Notes under the pieces: model-generated
What the model saw: only the letters and a program-made list of their open reading frames with translations
Database searches by the model: none
Told to the model about the DNA's origin: nothing
Source: Octopus vulgaris
Lineage: Eukaryota
DNA: 64,000 bases
Direction of reading: 5' to 3'
Assembly (NCBI GenBank): GCA_951406725.2
Contig: OX597825.1
Location: 33,666,001-33,730,000, forward strand
Translations under genes and position numbers: made by a program
Shown: positions 14,018 through 27,562 of the stretch, piece after piece
Layout: the number at the start of each line of letters is the position of its first letter
How positions within the stretch are numbered: the stretch's first letter is position 1

Positions 14018-14519
14018 TTAAAAAAAATTTTTCTATGAATTTATTGACTTTTTCTTTTAGTTCATATTTTAATCAGTCATTTTAGTGACTTTGATTAGTA
14101 GTATTTCAGATAGAAGTATTCATATCTATTAGTAGTCTAGAGGATGTGTCTTGATAATGAATGGAAACAGTGAATAGGTGCTTTCAGTCACTCTTCAGTA
14201 GCCCACTCTGGAGTGTTGCTCTCAAAGGTTTATAGTTGGTTATATCAACCAAAGAACTTGTAGACAAGAGTTTTATTGACCCAGGAGGGATAAAACTTGA
14301 AATGGACCATGAGTGAGATTGCTTGGAACCTCAGAATCTGAAGAGATGATGAAAATTCACAAGGTATTTTGTCTGATGCATCACTAATTCTGCTAGTCAT
14401 GATTCAGACCTTAAAGAACAGCAGATCCACTGATAGGTTTCAATCTATACATCTGACAGACAAAAACTCCTTCTAGGGTAGTTTAACCATTTTGCTATCA
14501 TATTTCCTGTGCTGGAGCC

Positions 14520-14800
14520 ACATTAAAAGCACCTGTGCTGGTGCTACATCAACTGCACCCATGCTGGTGCCACATATAAAGCACCCATGTTGTGCAATGT
14601 ATAAAGCATTCATGCAGATGTTGTGTAGAAAGCACCCAGTACACTGTAAAGTGGTTAGCATTCGGAAGGGCATCCAGCCATAGAAACCATGCCAAAACTG
14701 ACAATTGGAGCTTGGTGCAGCTGCCCAGCTCCTGGCAAACCATCAAACTGAACCAGCATGGCTGGATGTTAAATGATGCTGATGATGATGATGATGATAT
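14520..14800 (+). mobile_element. RTE-like 3' UTR fragment
   Basis: Shares aaagcaccca...catccagc...tagaaac with 10623-10800 and ends in (GAT)n. Confidence 0.6.
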
Positions 14801-16132
14801 TTTTTATGGAAATATATTGCCTTCATTTCCAGTAATTTTGAAAATAACAAAGAATTTAATAAAATAACTCATTATAAAGCTGGTATTTGGATGGTTTTGA
14901 TCTAGATTTCTTTAAATAAGAAGTTTGATCATAGAACCAGGCGAGGGTTGACACCAAAAGGATTAAAAGCTAGAAAAATATAGAAAGTGAGATGAGTTAG
15001 CTGAAATTTATTTTGACAATGTAGACAATGCGGATTGGAGTGGATTTGTCTTTCCTATAACACAATGTCAGTGGTTTAGTGAACATCAGTTCTGATAAAG
15101 CAAAAACATTCTCGCCATGACCATCACATCTATTTTCATGTATGCAGGAAACCAAGGACCACATTATCTAATATGTCCAAAACAATAAGGTACATTTGAG
15201 AGAGATTTGGCTACCATCTCTTACAAGTGATGCAACCATGAAGAGAAAACCTATCCATTAACCACTGCTGTTAATGTTGGTTGTTTGGCACTTAAGCACA
15301 TCATCATCATTATCCTTTAATGTCCTTTTTCTATACTGGCTTGTGTTGGGTGATTTAGCAGGGTCTGGTGCACACCAGGATCATGTCAACTTTGGCATTG
15401 TTTCTACAGCTTGTGCCCTTCCTAATGCTAATCAGTGTTATTTTTCATGCCACCAGCACTTGCGAGATCGCCATGTTATTTGCAAAATGAGAACAGGAAA
15501 AAGGAAAGAAAATCTGGTACAACCTTAAAATGACATTACCATTGGTTAGATATTTTCTAGTTTGATTTTTGAGGTTAACAGGTGCCCCAGTTGTCTGTCA
15601 CTGAAGATTACCATATTACTGTGCCTGACCTACATCGATTATTGCATAATGCCTATTTCTGCTATTTTTCATTGCAAGGATCAGATATCAATCAAAATTA
15701 CAGAGACGTACAAAGGATTTTTATTGTCATGTCTCATCATGGTTTTATTTATACATTTTATCTCTTTGGTTCATTAACATAATTGGTCTTCTTCATTAAC
15801 CATATCAGTTCCAATTATTTGCTTTTGGATGGCAATGATACTTTTTTATATTTTTGTTATTTTTATTTATTTATTCTCTTTCATTGGGCCACGTTGCTAG
15901 CATACAGAAAGGAAACTTCTATGTATGGAGAACCACTGATCTTTTATAAAAAGAACCTTTGCCTTGGAGAAGAGTCTTTCAGGTTGCTGTCCATGGTCTC
16001 ATGAGACATGCTGTGGCCTCAGAGAAAGCATCCTCATTATCATCATCATTGAATTAATGAGGTAGCTTTTACCTGTGAACCAGATCTGCTAAAACTAGCA
16101 ACCAAATCTCTTACAAAATTCACTCTGTCCTC

Positions 16133-16376
16133 TTAATCCTTTTACTGCGAAATTAAATTTCATGGTTATTCCAGTAATGATGTTGAATATTTACCAAAAA
16201 ATAGAATTGGTAGAACTGGTATTTCCTGCTTCAATAAATTTGATATGTTTTAACAAAACACTTTCATGTATGATTTTCCTCAACAAAAGATAGTTTAGTA
16301 TATAAAATTGCCTTCCACAGTTAAGGTAAGTAAAATATTCTGTGGATTTGTCTTATTTCCACAGTAAAAGGGATTA
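16133..16376. mobile_element. piggyBac-like MITE
   Basis: ttaatccttttactgcgaaat ... atttccacagtaaaagggatta: ~20-bp imperfect TIRs with TTAA-like flanks. Confidence 0.6.
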
Positions 16377-17004
16377 TCAAAGAACACATTTGACATACCC
16401 TCTAGATAGTTGGGATGGTCAGAGCTGAAATACTTTTGTAGTTCCATTTAGTTAGGATTGATGTGGAAGTTGGTGGGTAGCTAAACAGCAGCATTCATTA
16501 TCATCGTTATTGTTGTCATTGTCATATGAAAACTTTGTTAATAGTTTTCTGACCAACCCTTGTCCAAGCTGTCAGAAAACACTGGTGCCCTCTATCCCTG
16601 GTTATGGATGAATGGTGAGTAACTTTCTTGCAAGTGCTGTAATCATACTTTGCTTACAATCCTCAAACCCAAATGTGAGTGAATAATAACTTGGCCGTTT
16701 TGATGGTTGTGAGTTTCACTTGTGTGAGGGATGTGGTGTATATCAATGACTCACTTCTGTTAATTGGGCCACAGGTGAAGCACACAAAAAATAAAACCAT
16801 AGGGCATCTATACAGCCATTCAACCTGCCACAAATAGCAGCCAAATCTCTCTCAAACCACAACCTATACGTTAGTTAATGTAGCCTCCTAGATTTTGGAA
16901 AAGGACACGATAGTCACAGTGAGCTGCCTTGAATCTGAGACTAAAGAAAAATTATAACAACATCAATTATAAAACTGCAATATCCTGGTTAAATTTTAAG
17001 AATA

Positions 17005-18530
17005 GTAGCTGTCATTTCAGCTTTTGTTTGCGTTTATTTGTTTGTATAGAGGCGCGTGCAAGAGAGAGAAAGAGTGGTTAACATATAATTGCTGCAGCTT
17101 AGAGCTATATTACCTCATGTAGCATTCATGTTGTTTTCATTTAATTTTTTAGAGTGGGAGATTAACTTGACACTGTAGACCAACAACCAGTTTCTCTAGA
17201 TTCTGGGTTTCTTTTAGTTAATCTATTTTCACTTTAAATGGTTTCATTGTCCTGTGCTTGCTTGTGTCTTTGTGTATGCACATATGTGTGAAAGAGAGAG
17301 CGCATGCACGCGTCTGTGTGTGAGTGTATGCACACACATCTGTGTGTGTGTGTGTGAGTGTATGCACACACATCTATGTGTGTGTTGCTATTTAAGCTTA
17401 AAGACAGTCCTAATCATACAGTTTGGCCTATGATCAAAAGTAATGCATTCATGACAATTCCATTATTATATATATATATATGTGTGTTGTTGGTGATTTC
17501 TTTTCCTTCTTTGGACTTTTTCCTTTCTCCTCTCTGATGAAGAACTATGCTCGAAATGTCAAAACTCCCTCTTTTTATTGAGCATCAAATTAATACATTC
17601 CTTGTGCACGTCCTCTTGTCTGTTAATTTTGTTATTCGTTCATTTGAATTGACTATTTATATTCTTTTACTTGTTTCAGCCATTTGACTATGGCCATGCT
17701 GGAGCATCGCTTAAATATGTGTGTGTGTCTATGTATGTATGTATGTGTGTATATATATATATAAATTAAATTAAAGATAAAACCACTATTAGGCAAATCA
17801 AACAGTGAAAAACATAAGAATAAAACATAAGAATAAAAATAATTGATATAATTATTGTTTTACATATATATATACATACAGGCTTAGTGTATTAAATGCG
17901 TTCCCGCTTTTCGGGTTTTTTAAAATTGTCAGGATGTGCGAATTGAGGGAGATATGGCTGTCATTTCAGCTTGTCTTCGCGTAAATTTGTTTGAATAAAG
18001 GCGAGAGAGAGAGAGAGAGCGGGAGTCGAGGTTAACATATAATTGCTGCTGCTTAGAGCTATATTACCTCATGTACCGTTCATATTGTCTTCATCCTTTT
18101 CTGCATGAGTGAATGTCGATTACAAGACCCCTACGAAGCGGTTAACAATAAAAGAGGATTTTAACAACATATTACGATTACCACTTTCTGCGATAAGGGG
18201 TGAAAATATGTTTAAAAACAACAATAATAATATTTACAAAGTCAGTTATTAAGCCGACTGACTTTGTTTATTGTTTATAATTTACATGACATTTTTTTAT
18301 AGAGCGAGAGATGAACTTGACGCTGTCCACCAACAACCATATTCTCTAGATTCTGGGATTTTTTTGATTAATCTATTTTCACCTTAAATAGTTTCATTGT
18401 GCTGTGCTTGCCTGTGTCTTGTTTAATATGATATCGTGTTATTTAAGGAATGCATATAAAGTACACGGAAAATACTTGCGCTGAAGCTCGTGAGCGTTTT
18501 TGCCAATTTAGGTCGAATCTACAATTTAAA
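17005..18530 (+). repeat. local tandem duplication (17005-17272 versus 17955-18530)
   Basis: gctgtcatttcagctt...ggttaacatataattgctgc.gcttagagctatattacctcatgta occurs at about 17008 and 17958, each followed by the segment also present at 6107. Confidence 0.85.
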
Positions 18531-19490
18531 AATAGCCCCGAGGGCGAGTGCTCTACAGCTATCTGTATATTGATTGCGTTTGCTTTATAGCAAACCAATG
18601 AGAAAGACTCTACGAAGTAGCTAGAAATAGCAACCAAGTCTACCTCAACCCACATCCTACCTGTTTGTTTTTAAGATAGAAGGTAACTTCGAATAATGTA
18701 ATTCTAGATGCAATAATAGCAGCAACAAGGAACAATAAAACATTTGCTTGAAGTATATGTAGCGGTTCATGCAGGCATGGCAGGGATTCGGTCCTCAATA
18801 GGCAAATTTCACTTAACAGTTCAGCAGCACTTTTTCACGGTAAAACAATAGTTTTTCTGTGAGTGACAGCAGTTACATTTGCCAGATGCCTTCGCTAAGC
18901 AGAATAATGTCTTTGCCACTTGACCCTTCTAACCTTTTCTAGGCCTCCAAAATCTAGAATAGAGATAACAGACCGCCAACGAAATCTACTGTTCTCAATA
19001 ATATGTCTCTCCTTCTAACTAGTTTGGATACTTATAAATACAAGAACACCGTAAAAAAAAGTTAGTTGGCAAAAAGGAGATGACGTAGATGCGACCACAG
19101 GCAGAATCCAGTTAGTGAGATAATTCAGCTGAGAGAAGGCTTACAGTGAGAATGTCAACTATGATACAGTGTCTTATCACAATATCACTGCTGTCAGGCA
19201 CAATGAAGGCATCATTTTATCGACTCCCTACATTTAACATTCACTCTATCTTCCTCTAATTCCTAGTTAGGCAGCTAGCAGTTGACCAAACATAAACAGC
19301 AAAGACATACAAGGAAAGATAACTCTTGTTTTTATATGATTCACATACCTGCCCGTCGAGGCAAGGCATTATACAAAGTAACGGTAAATAAATATTTCTT
19401 TAAAACTTCGATCGCTGTTCTTCTTTCATCTTGCATACTGGCAATTAACACCCTAACAACAACCGTTACATATATTATTATTATTATTAT

Positions 19491-20022
19491 TGAGTGAGAG
19501 AGCAGTTCATGCCATCAAAGTGACACTGGGGTAAAATATACGAAGCCCAATATACCCATCGTGACTACCCGTCTGATAAGGGTACACCAGGCACATGCAT
19601 CACAACCATATGTGCGCGACATGGTGATCTCATATCAAGATAAATAGCACATGACCTTGCAGGTGGGGCCCAGTTAGAATTTTCTTCAGGTTGAGTAGCC
19701 CATCTCACTCAAAAGGTCCCTGAATAAGGATTGTTTAAGGATGTTGAAAGAACCACCCATGTTTCCAGAGGTGACTTATTCAAACCCCAAAGAATCCCTC
19801 TCAACACATGGCTATGATGCTCCCCCACTACTTCTGCTCGTGATCAGAGATGCACATATCGTCAGCCACTAAGGGACATGCTCAACTGGTTAAAGTCAAA
19901 CAACTGACAAGCAAATCTGTGGTATAGAGCAGAATGTTTGCTGTAGCCCATCTTTTATACCAAGACAAAACAATGTACATGATAACACTTTCAATCAGTT
20001 AAGATCAGAAGCCATGAGAGCC
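19491..20022 (-). mobile_element. repeat inserted into (TAA)n, probably non-LTR 3' part or a non-autonomous derivative
   Basis: Flanked by (att)n on both sides; a partial second copy lies at about 48945-49105. Confidence 0.6.
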
Positions 20023-20519
20023 TTATTATTATTATTATTATTATTATTGGACTGTTGACAAAATACTTGACAGTTTTCAGTTGCGTAGCTTTACATTCTA
20101 AGTTCGAATACTGTCGAGCTTGACCTTTGCTTTTCAACTTCAGGGGACAATTAAACTAGGTACCAGTTAAGTACTGTATCTTTATAACCAATTGCCCAGT
20201 GCACACACACATACAAAATAACTGCGGTCTTGTGTCTTGCTTAAGACGGAAATAATCGTCAACAACCTGCTGTGTGACCCTTAAAGGGAAAGATAGTTTA
20301 ATAAGGATATAGAAATAGAAAACAACAAATCTAAGAGGAAGGTGGCGGACAGTTTAGTAGAAGAGGAAACATATCCGTCTTACGACCGGCAAAAATATAA
20401 CTCAAAACAGTTTTCGACGCCAAACGTAAGTTATGTTATTTGAAAGTGTTCAATGGTGAAGCAGAAATACAACGTGCTAACAAAACCACTATTTGGCCTT
20501 TGACGCACCACGTTCTATA

Positions 20520-20780
20520 TGGAGAGCTGGAAACGCACAAGTAATATGGTAGAAGACAGGAGAACTAGTTGTTACACATGCAGTAGCACCATCCACCAGA
20601 CGGCTTTCCGTGTTCAGGCAAAGATACCAAAACTTCCTTTGATGCCAACGTCACGACCACAGCAGCAGCATCGACAACCGCAAGAAAAAGCACAAGTAGC
20701 AAAAGTCCAAATCACAAACACAACTCACAAGAATGTCCTCCTTCTACAAACAGCTTCGATACAGTTGACGCAAACGCACA
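20520..20780 (+). mobile_element. BEL/Pao LTR retrotransposon gag-protease junction remnant
   Basis: CYTCSSTIHQT (degenerate CCHC knuckle) followed by VLLLQTA, a typical Pao arrangement. Confidence 0.5.
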
Positions 20781-21062
20781 TACATGCATTAATCGAAGCC
20801 ATCTCTCTCGGATTTCATGCCAAACGATGAGGAAAATGAAGAGCAGACATCAGAGGGACAAGAGAGGGAAAATAAACGGCTATATCTTCGCAATAGAAGC
20901 GCAAAACGTAAAAGAGTAGATAAAAGCACTAAAGCTCACAGACTAGTGAACCCTCGGCACAGCCATCAAGAACGACAAAAGCAAAACCTAAACCCACAGC
21001 AGCTAAAACTACAACCAACAACAACAACAGGATTGTGCATAAACACGACAGCCACAGCACAG

Positions 21063-21190
21063 TGGAGGCGCAATAGCTCAGTGGTTAGGGCAGCGGACTT
21101 GCGGTCGTAAGAACGCTGTTTCGATTCCCAGACCGGGCATTGTGGGTGTTTATTGAGCAAAATCACCTAAGCTCCACGAGGCTCCGAGGC
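21063..21190 (+). mobile_element. tRNA-derived SINE head (same family as 52497-52758)
   Basis: ggaggcgcaatagctcagtggttagggcagcggacttgcggtcg...gtttcgattcc carries A and B boxes and continues into SINE body sequence. Confidence 0.75.
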
Positions 21191-21249
21191 TCTTTCTTCC
21201 TACTTCTCCTACTTCTGCCACAAAGCAGAGGAACCATTGTGTAACACAC

Positions 21250-21520
21250 CATGGATATCAAATGTCCCTGCAACGTTCGTCAAAGAAAACCGCCATTTGT
21301 CTAGGGAATATATCATAGTGTTCGCCCAGGTTAGCAATGATAACCAAAATCAATCTTATCCCAGAGTTTGTATTTAAGGGAACTGGGAAAAGACTATCAA
21401 CACTGAATGCCCTGCACACAATGAAATATCAACGGTCTCCTAAAGGTTCTTATAGAATGGTGGAACAGCTGCTTTGTGCTATTGAAAACCTTCCAAGACG
21501 ATTCAGTGTTTTCACATGCA
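21250..21520 (+). mobile_element. pogo-like DDE transposase remnant
   Basis: TFVKENRHLSRE, then in another frame PEFVFKGTGKR...SPKGSYR...IENLP. Confidence 0.5.
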
Positions 21521-21938
21521 AACTTTTGATCAGTAGCCATCCCCTAGTTTATGAAAAAAATACAAAAATCCTTGTATAGAACTTCGCTTCACAGTTCCAG
21601 CAACGTGGTATTTGGCTGTTGTGCGAATGCTCACATGTACGAGATAGGAAGTTTCACGCTAGGGAGAGAGAGCACAGCGTGAACAACAATGTCGACCCCA
21701 GTGTTCCGATGAAAGTTAGTGTTTCTATTTTACTCCGCGTGCGCTGTGCTTAAAACCGTGTTTATATTCTTGAATGTGATAAAGTGTAGAATTAGATTAT
21801 TATCCTGCTTCCAGCTTCAGTGTTGCTACCAGGATTTGAAAAATAGGACACCCCCGCTTCATTTTATGATTTAGTCGGTATATATATATATATATAATGG
21901 GACTAGAAGGTATCACCTTCTCCCATTACAATTATTTC

Positions 21939-22357
21939 TGTAGTCTTATGATCTGTAACTCGAAAAAAGAAGCTTACAAGCGGATGCAATTCAATAGTTG
22001 TTTATTTTGGTTCTCGTTCATGTGGCACGCTCCCAGTGACCATCTGTATGGCAGCGCGTAGTCCGTTATTGCTCCGCTCACATGAGGTACATTACCTCTA
22101 GAGATAACGGGTAAAGTTAGGGCAGGATAAGAATCCGCTGTGAGCTGCCAGTTGGCGGTGTTTCTCAGCGTAAGCGAGAAAGTGAAGAGGGAGAATTTCC
22201 TTAATACGCCTTCTTAAATATATGTTGCCCACGAGAGTCTCGCTGTGGTCTCGTGCATGGCAACATGGTTGTAGGCGAGCTCTTGCTCTTGTCTCGGACA
22301 TGGTAATGGCTGCCGGCGAGATCTCGCACAAAATGGCGCTGGCTTCTTGTGTCACGC

Positions 22358-22361
<4 letters not shown>
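21939..22361 (-). mobile_element. probable LTR fragment
   Basis: TGTAG...CTACA ends, CpG-rich, AATAAA near the minus-strand 3' end (about 22001-22006); no matching TSD. Confidence 0.45.
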
Positions 22362-22429
<68 letters not shown>

Positions 22430-22434
<5 letters not shown>

Positions 22435-22599
22435 AGAGTTTACGAAAAAAACAAAAGACGAAGACAGGTGGTGTACAAAACAAACAGATGTATTAGTATA
22501 ACGCTCAGGAATAGAAAAAGTCTTTTACGTTTCGAGCCTACGCTCTTCTACAGAAAGGGACACAGAAAAAATAAGGAGAGAGAAAAATGTGTGTAGTGG

Positions 22600-22600
<1 letters not shown>
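22430..22600 (-). mobile_element. Penelope tail fragment with hammerhead-like motif in (TA)n
   Basis: Reverse complement of 10340-10490; motif at 22522-22557. Confidence 0.8.
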
Positions 22601-22648
<48 letters not shown>

Positions 22649-23941
22649 AAAAATATAGAGTAAAATTAGTAAAAATTTTGCCAAGTAGTCAGTACGTAAA
22701 AAAATACCTTTCAGGTAAATTATGCAAAATATTCTATAATTATATACATAATTATAATAAGGGGTCAGCTAAGTGCCTCGCCACGTATGCATACATATAT
22801 AATAATTGTGAACACTTTTTTTCTATTGGAGTTTATATGAAAGTGGCAATCGCACGTTATGGAAATTCCACTAAATTTTAACAATTTGAAAAACTGAATT
22901 CGTATGTATAAAAAATAATTTGTCTTTCGGAAGTGGTATGGTTGGTGCGGCCATTTAATATGGCTAACTGCATGTGTCATCATTTTACTGTCTCCATTTT
23001 ATGTAGGTTCTTGCTGTCTACCAATTCAATTATTTAAATTTTTTCTTCAACAAACTTTTATACTGTTTTTCATTGCTCTTAACATTCTTGCTATCACCTA
23101 CCACCTAGTTTTTCTTTGTTCTCAGTATTCTTGTTAATAACTATCTGTTCCCTTTTCAACCCACCACTTTGTTTCTGCACGCACCATTTCATCTAACCTT
23201 GTTTTTCATTGCTCTCGACATTCTTGCTGTGTGCTTTGTAACGAACTAATCATACAGTATTTCGTTACACATGCTACAGCTTCCGCTTTTCGACATCCCA
23301 TTCCCACCTCCATCCTTTTAGTTTATCTTTTCCGTTGTTGCGTTCGAACTAATATGGTACCAACTTTTTTCCGACATAGTAAGATCCGAGGTATGTAATA
23401 ATGTTCTGTTTTATTGTGTCTAAGGAGAGTCATTATCCCAATATCGTTAACACGTGAACTGGTTCAATCCTACTCCTTCATTATTAAGTCAATTGGTTAA
23501 ATATCAAACAAATTCATCGATTGTTTGAAATCTTTTCAAAGAGCAACGAAAGAGCTTTGACAAAAAAAAGCCCCAAAACATACGACTTACTGTTTAACAA
23601 AGTTAAATAAGCAATCGATTAGCTAGATAAATATTTAACCAATTAACTAATAATAAAGGAGTGCAATTGAACCAGTGCGTGTGTTAATAATATTGATATA
23701 ATGACTCTCCTTAGGCACACCAAAATTTGTTTCAACACACGAATTCACATAAAGAATCTTGCAAACCAGATACGAAAACGAAGTACTGTTTATTATTTGG
23801 GGTGAAATTCTTATCTCTGCTCCGCCACTATTGGATTCACTTACAAACCTGTGCAGCATAATGCATTAAGCCTCATTTAAGCAGACTGGAAAGCAACCAT
23901 AAAGCGGAATTCAACGCAATTGTGTCAAAGAGTCATAAAGG

Positions 23942-24394
23942 TGTAGTGACGCCTGGTTCCAGACATCATTTTGGGATTTTCCTTCATGCATGCGCAGAGA
24001 TTATAGCCTTCCGGAAGGCCTGTCGGAAGCCCCTTATGCGCATGCGCAGTCATCAGCAGCAGCTAGGCTTGACCGCCATTCTCTCTCTCTTCGGCCCCGG
24101 CTTCTGACCTGACAGAACGCAACTTAGACCAGCTCCGTGGCGCTGGAATTCTGACGGCGAGCGACGTTGCGAGTCTGAGAAAATGCCTTCGTATTTTTGT
24201 GTCCAACTACTAACCCTGCTGCTTCTCGCGTACCAAGGCGTCCAGGCTACCGATGTCCAGAGATGAAATGCTTATTCAGGCGAAATAAATTATTATTGTT
24301 ATTTGTTCGGAGATTCTTGTTCCCGCTATTTTCCTTTCCACGACTATGTAAGGAATTGTGAGGCACTCATCCAGTGCCAACCTCATTTCCTACA
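23942..24394 (+). mobile_element. solo LTR (453 bp) with 4-bp TSD
   Basis: aagg|TGTAG...CTACA|aagg; AATAAA at 24284-24289; CpG-rich U3-like region. Confidence 0.85.
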
Positions 24395-25249
24395 AAGGCA
24401 TTATGTTGGCAATTATAAGAATTGATGCGAAAGAAAAATTCAGCCATATTACAAAAACATTAATGCTTGTAACGCCTACCATATGAACAATATCAAAAAG
24501 TAAAGACAAAATTAGGCTAAGTACTGAAGTAACTGCTCTCTTTACTCTCGAACATTTTTTTATATAGATGTGACGTGTTGCTTTTCGCATATTACCTGTA
24601 TGGATCGACGATCAGACTAAACTTAATGTACCAATATGGTCATCGAAGCGAAAGCTAAAAATTAGCATAGCGATTTGTAGAAATTGGGAGATACTATTAT
24701 TGACGCAAACGTTTCTGGCCAGTGAAGTCTGATTTGAAATGATTAAGTGGGGGTCTTATTTTGCACAACATAATGACTGGTGAAACTAGCGGTGCTGATG
24801 CAAAGGTTGCTGTTTAATATCGTAAGAAATTAAAGAAAATGATTTTCCTAAGGAAGTTATAGCCTTGGTGAAACTGGGCTTTCCTGGTGAAGGAAACTCA
24901 GCACAAAGTTTAAAAGCTTTCAAAAATCCTCTGAAGCTTCTTTTGGAAAGAAATGCTTTAGCATGAAATCAAACCCTTATGTATCACTTCCAAGATCTAC
25001 ATTAAGTTTAATCTCCCTGTGATTTTGGCGTTCAAATGAAGTAGATTGACAAAATTATCATTTGAACCTGTTGAAGACACACGAGATGTCGAAATATCGT
25101 TCACTAGATGACAATGGCACTCTTCTTTTAATACTAGTATTATTATTATTCAGGTCACTGACTGGAATCGAACTCGGGGTTAGTAGCCTGCGCTCTTAAT
25201 CCCTATGCCATATGCCCGCGGACAATTAGGGAGTGAATTTTAGGGCTTA

Positions 25250-26135
25250 TAAATCTAATATTTTCCTATCCTTCCTTAATACCAATTCCTATATGCTATT
25301 CACATCTGCACTTGGTCGGCTTAGGAGGTTGTTGTGTCCTAGCATATGTGCTGCTTCTTTTAGTTTTCGTATTTTCCAGTGGTGTTCTCTGTCTATTATT
25401 TTAACTTCATCCCACAAGGAGAGGTGGTCTCAATTTTTCCATATGTGATCAGCTATACCCGATTTATCAATATCTCCTCGTGTCACAGCTTTGCGATGTC
25501 CCTCTACCCTTATTTTGAGGGGACGGCATGTTTCGCCTTTGTATAACCTACCACAGCTGTATGGGATGGAGGACACGCAGTTCTTAGTCATATTCTCTTC
25601 TATTGGTGGTTTTACTCGAAGGAGATATTTGCAAAGTGTTGTATTACTCTTGAATACTGTCCTGATGTCATATGGCCGCACACCTCTTGTATCTTTTCGG
25701 AGAAGCCTTTCACATAGGGTAGAAAGACTGTAGACAGTTTATTGGTTTCATCCCTTCTTTTCTTCATAATTGGAGTATACAGTATGTTTTTGTGGTAGTT
25801 GTTGCTTAATAGATTGTTAATGAGCTTGATCACTTCTTCGTGGTGGGTATCACGATTGCTGCTTATATTCTTTGCTCAATGTTTTAGACACTGAGCAATT
25901 TCTCTCTTTACACTGTATGGATGGTGGCAATTGAAGTTAAGGTATCGTCCAGTGAAGGTCTTCTTGCGGTATACGGAAGTTCTGAATCCATACTTGGTGC
26001 GTGTTATTAATACGTCCAGGAATGCTAGCTGTCAGTAACAATCTATTAAGCAATAGCTACCCCAAAAACATACTATCTACTCCAGTTATGAAGAAAAGAG
26101 AGAATGAAACCAATAAACTGTCTATAGTCTGCCTA
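25250..26135 (-). mobile_element. Penelope-like element (RT thumb and GIY-YIG) with an inverted terminal segment
   Basis: LAFLDVLITRTKYGFRTSVYRKKTFTGRYLNFNCHHP and NCVSSIPYSCGRLYKGETCRPLKIRVEGHRKAV...SGIADHIW. Confidence 0.88.
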
Positions 26136-26145
26136 TATAGGTAAG

Positions 26146-26531
<386 letters not shown>

Positions 26532-27475
26532 AGCTTACCTCTAATTAGGTGACACGAGTCTGAAGATATAAATTTGCACATTGTTTACGTTTACTTGACA
26601 TTTCTTTATATCTGATAGTGATTTGTGGAAGGTTGTTCTAATATCAAAATGCCGTCAGTAACATCGCAACAGGTATCGATAACGCCGTCGCCAAAATGTC
26701 ACGTAAAAAAAAAAGAGAAAGAATCGTATTGTATTTCTTTGTTTTATTTTCATTTTATTTGTATATTTGTTTGATATTATGATTGTTATTTTTCATTTCT
26801 ATCACTTTTTAGCATTACGGATATTAATGCCAAAAGAAAATAAACACCATTATGGCATACTTGTATTACGATAAAACTATGCAAGTCTGAAGTTAATGGA
26901 AGAGAAGAGACTATTGGCAATTACATTTACAGTATAAAATAACTGACGGTAACCACAGATGAGCGTCAGAAAACTTTTCAGGAAAGAACAAGTTTAAAAA
27001 TAACCATTCTCTACTGGTGACCCTTATATCACAAGGGGGCTTATTGAAGATAGCAGGATGGGACATCGTATTTGATATGCTACTACTACTGCAAATACCA
27101 CTATCACCATCGCTGCCATATATAATCTACTTCGAGATCCACAAGGCCAAAAAACAATGGCTGTGTGTGTGTGTAAATGTGTGTCTATGTTTGTCCCCCA
27201 CCCCCATGACCGCTTGACAACCGGTGTTGGCGTGTTTACGTCCTGGTGACTTTGCGTTTCGGAAAAAGAGACCGATAGTATAAGTACCAGGCTAATAAAA
27301 TAAAATAATACTAATAAATAAAAGTACTGGGGTCGATCCATTCGACTAGACAAAAAAAAGTCAAGGTAGTGCCTCAGCATGGACGCAGTCTAACGACAAA
27401 CAAGTAATAGATATAAGGCAAAAGATACACGCCCGCACGCCCTCCCGCCCGCACGCACGCACGCAAGTACGCACG

Positions 27476-27557
<82 letters not shown>

Positions 27558-27562
<5 letters not shown>

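Noticed and set aside
16310-16331. 5-nt microexon ccacag|TTAAG|gtaagt
   Set aside because: It lies inside a piggyBac-like MITE and has no supporting neighbouring exons.
21063-21135. tRNA gene
   Set aside because: A and B boxes are present, but the sequence runs into a SINE body shared with 52497-52758 and lacks a proper acceptor stem; the same applies at about 61150 and 3670.
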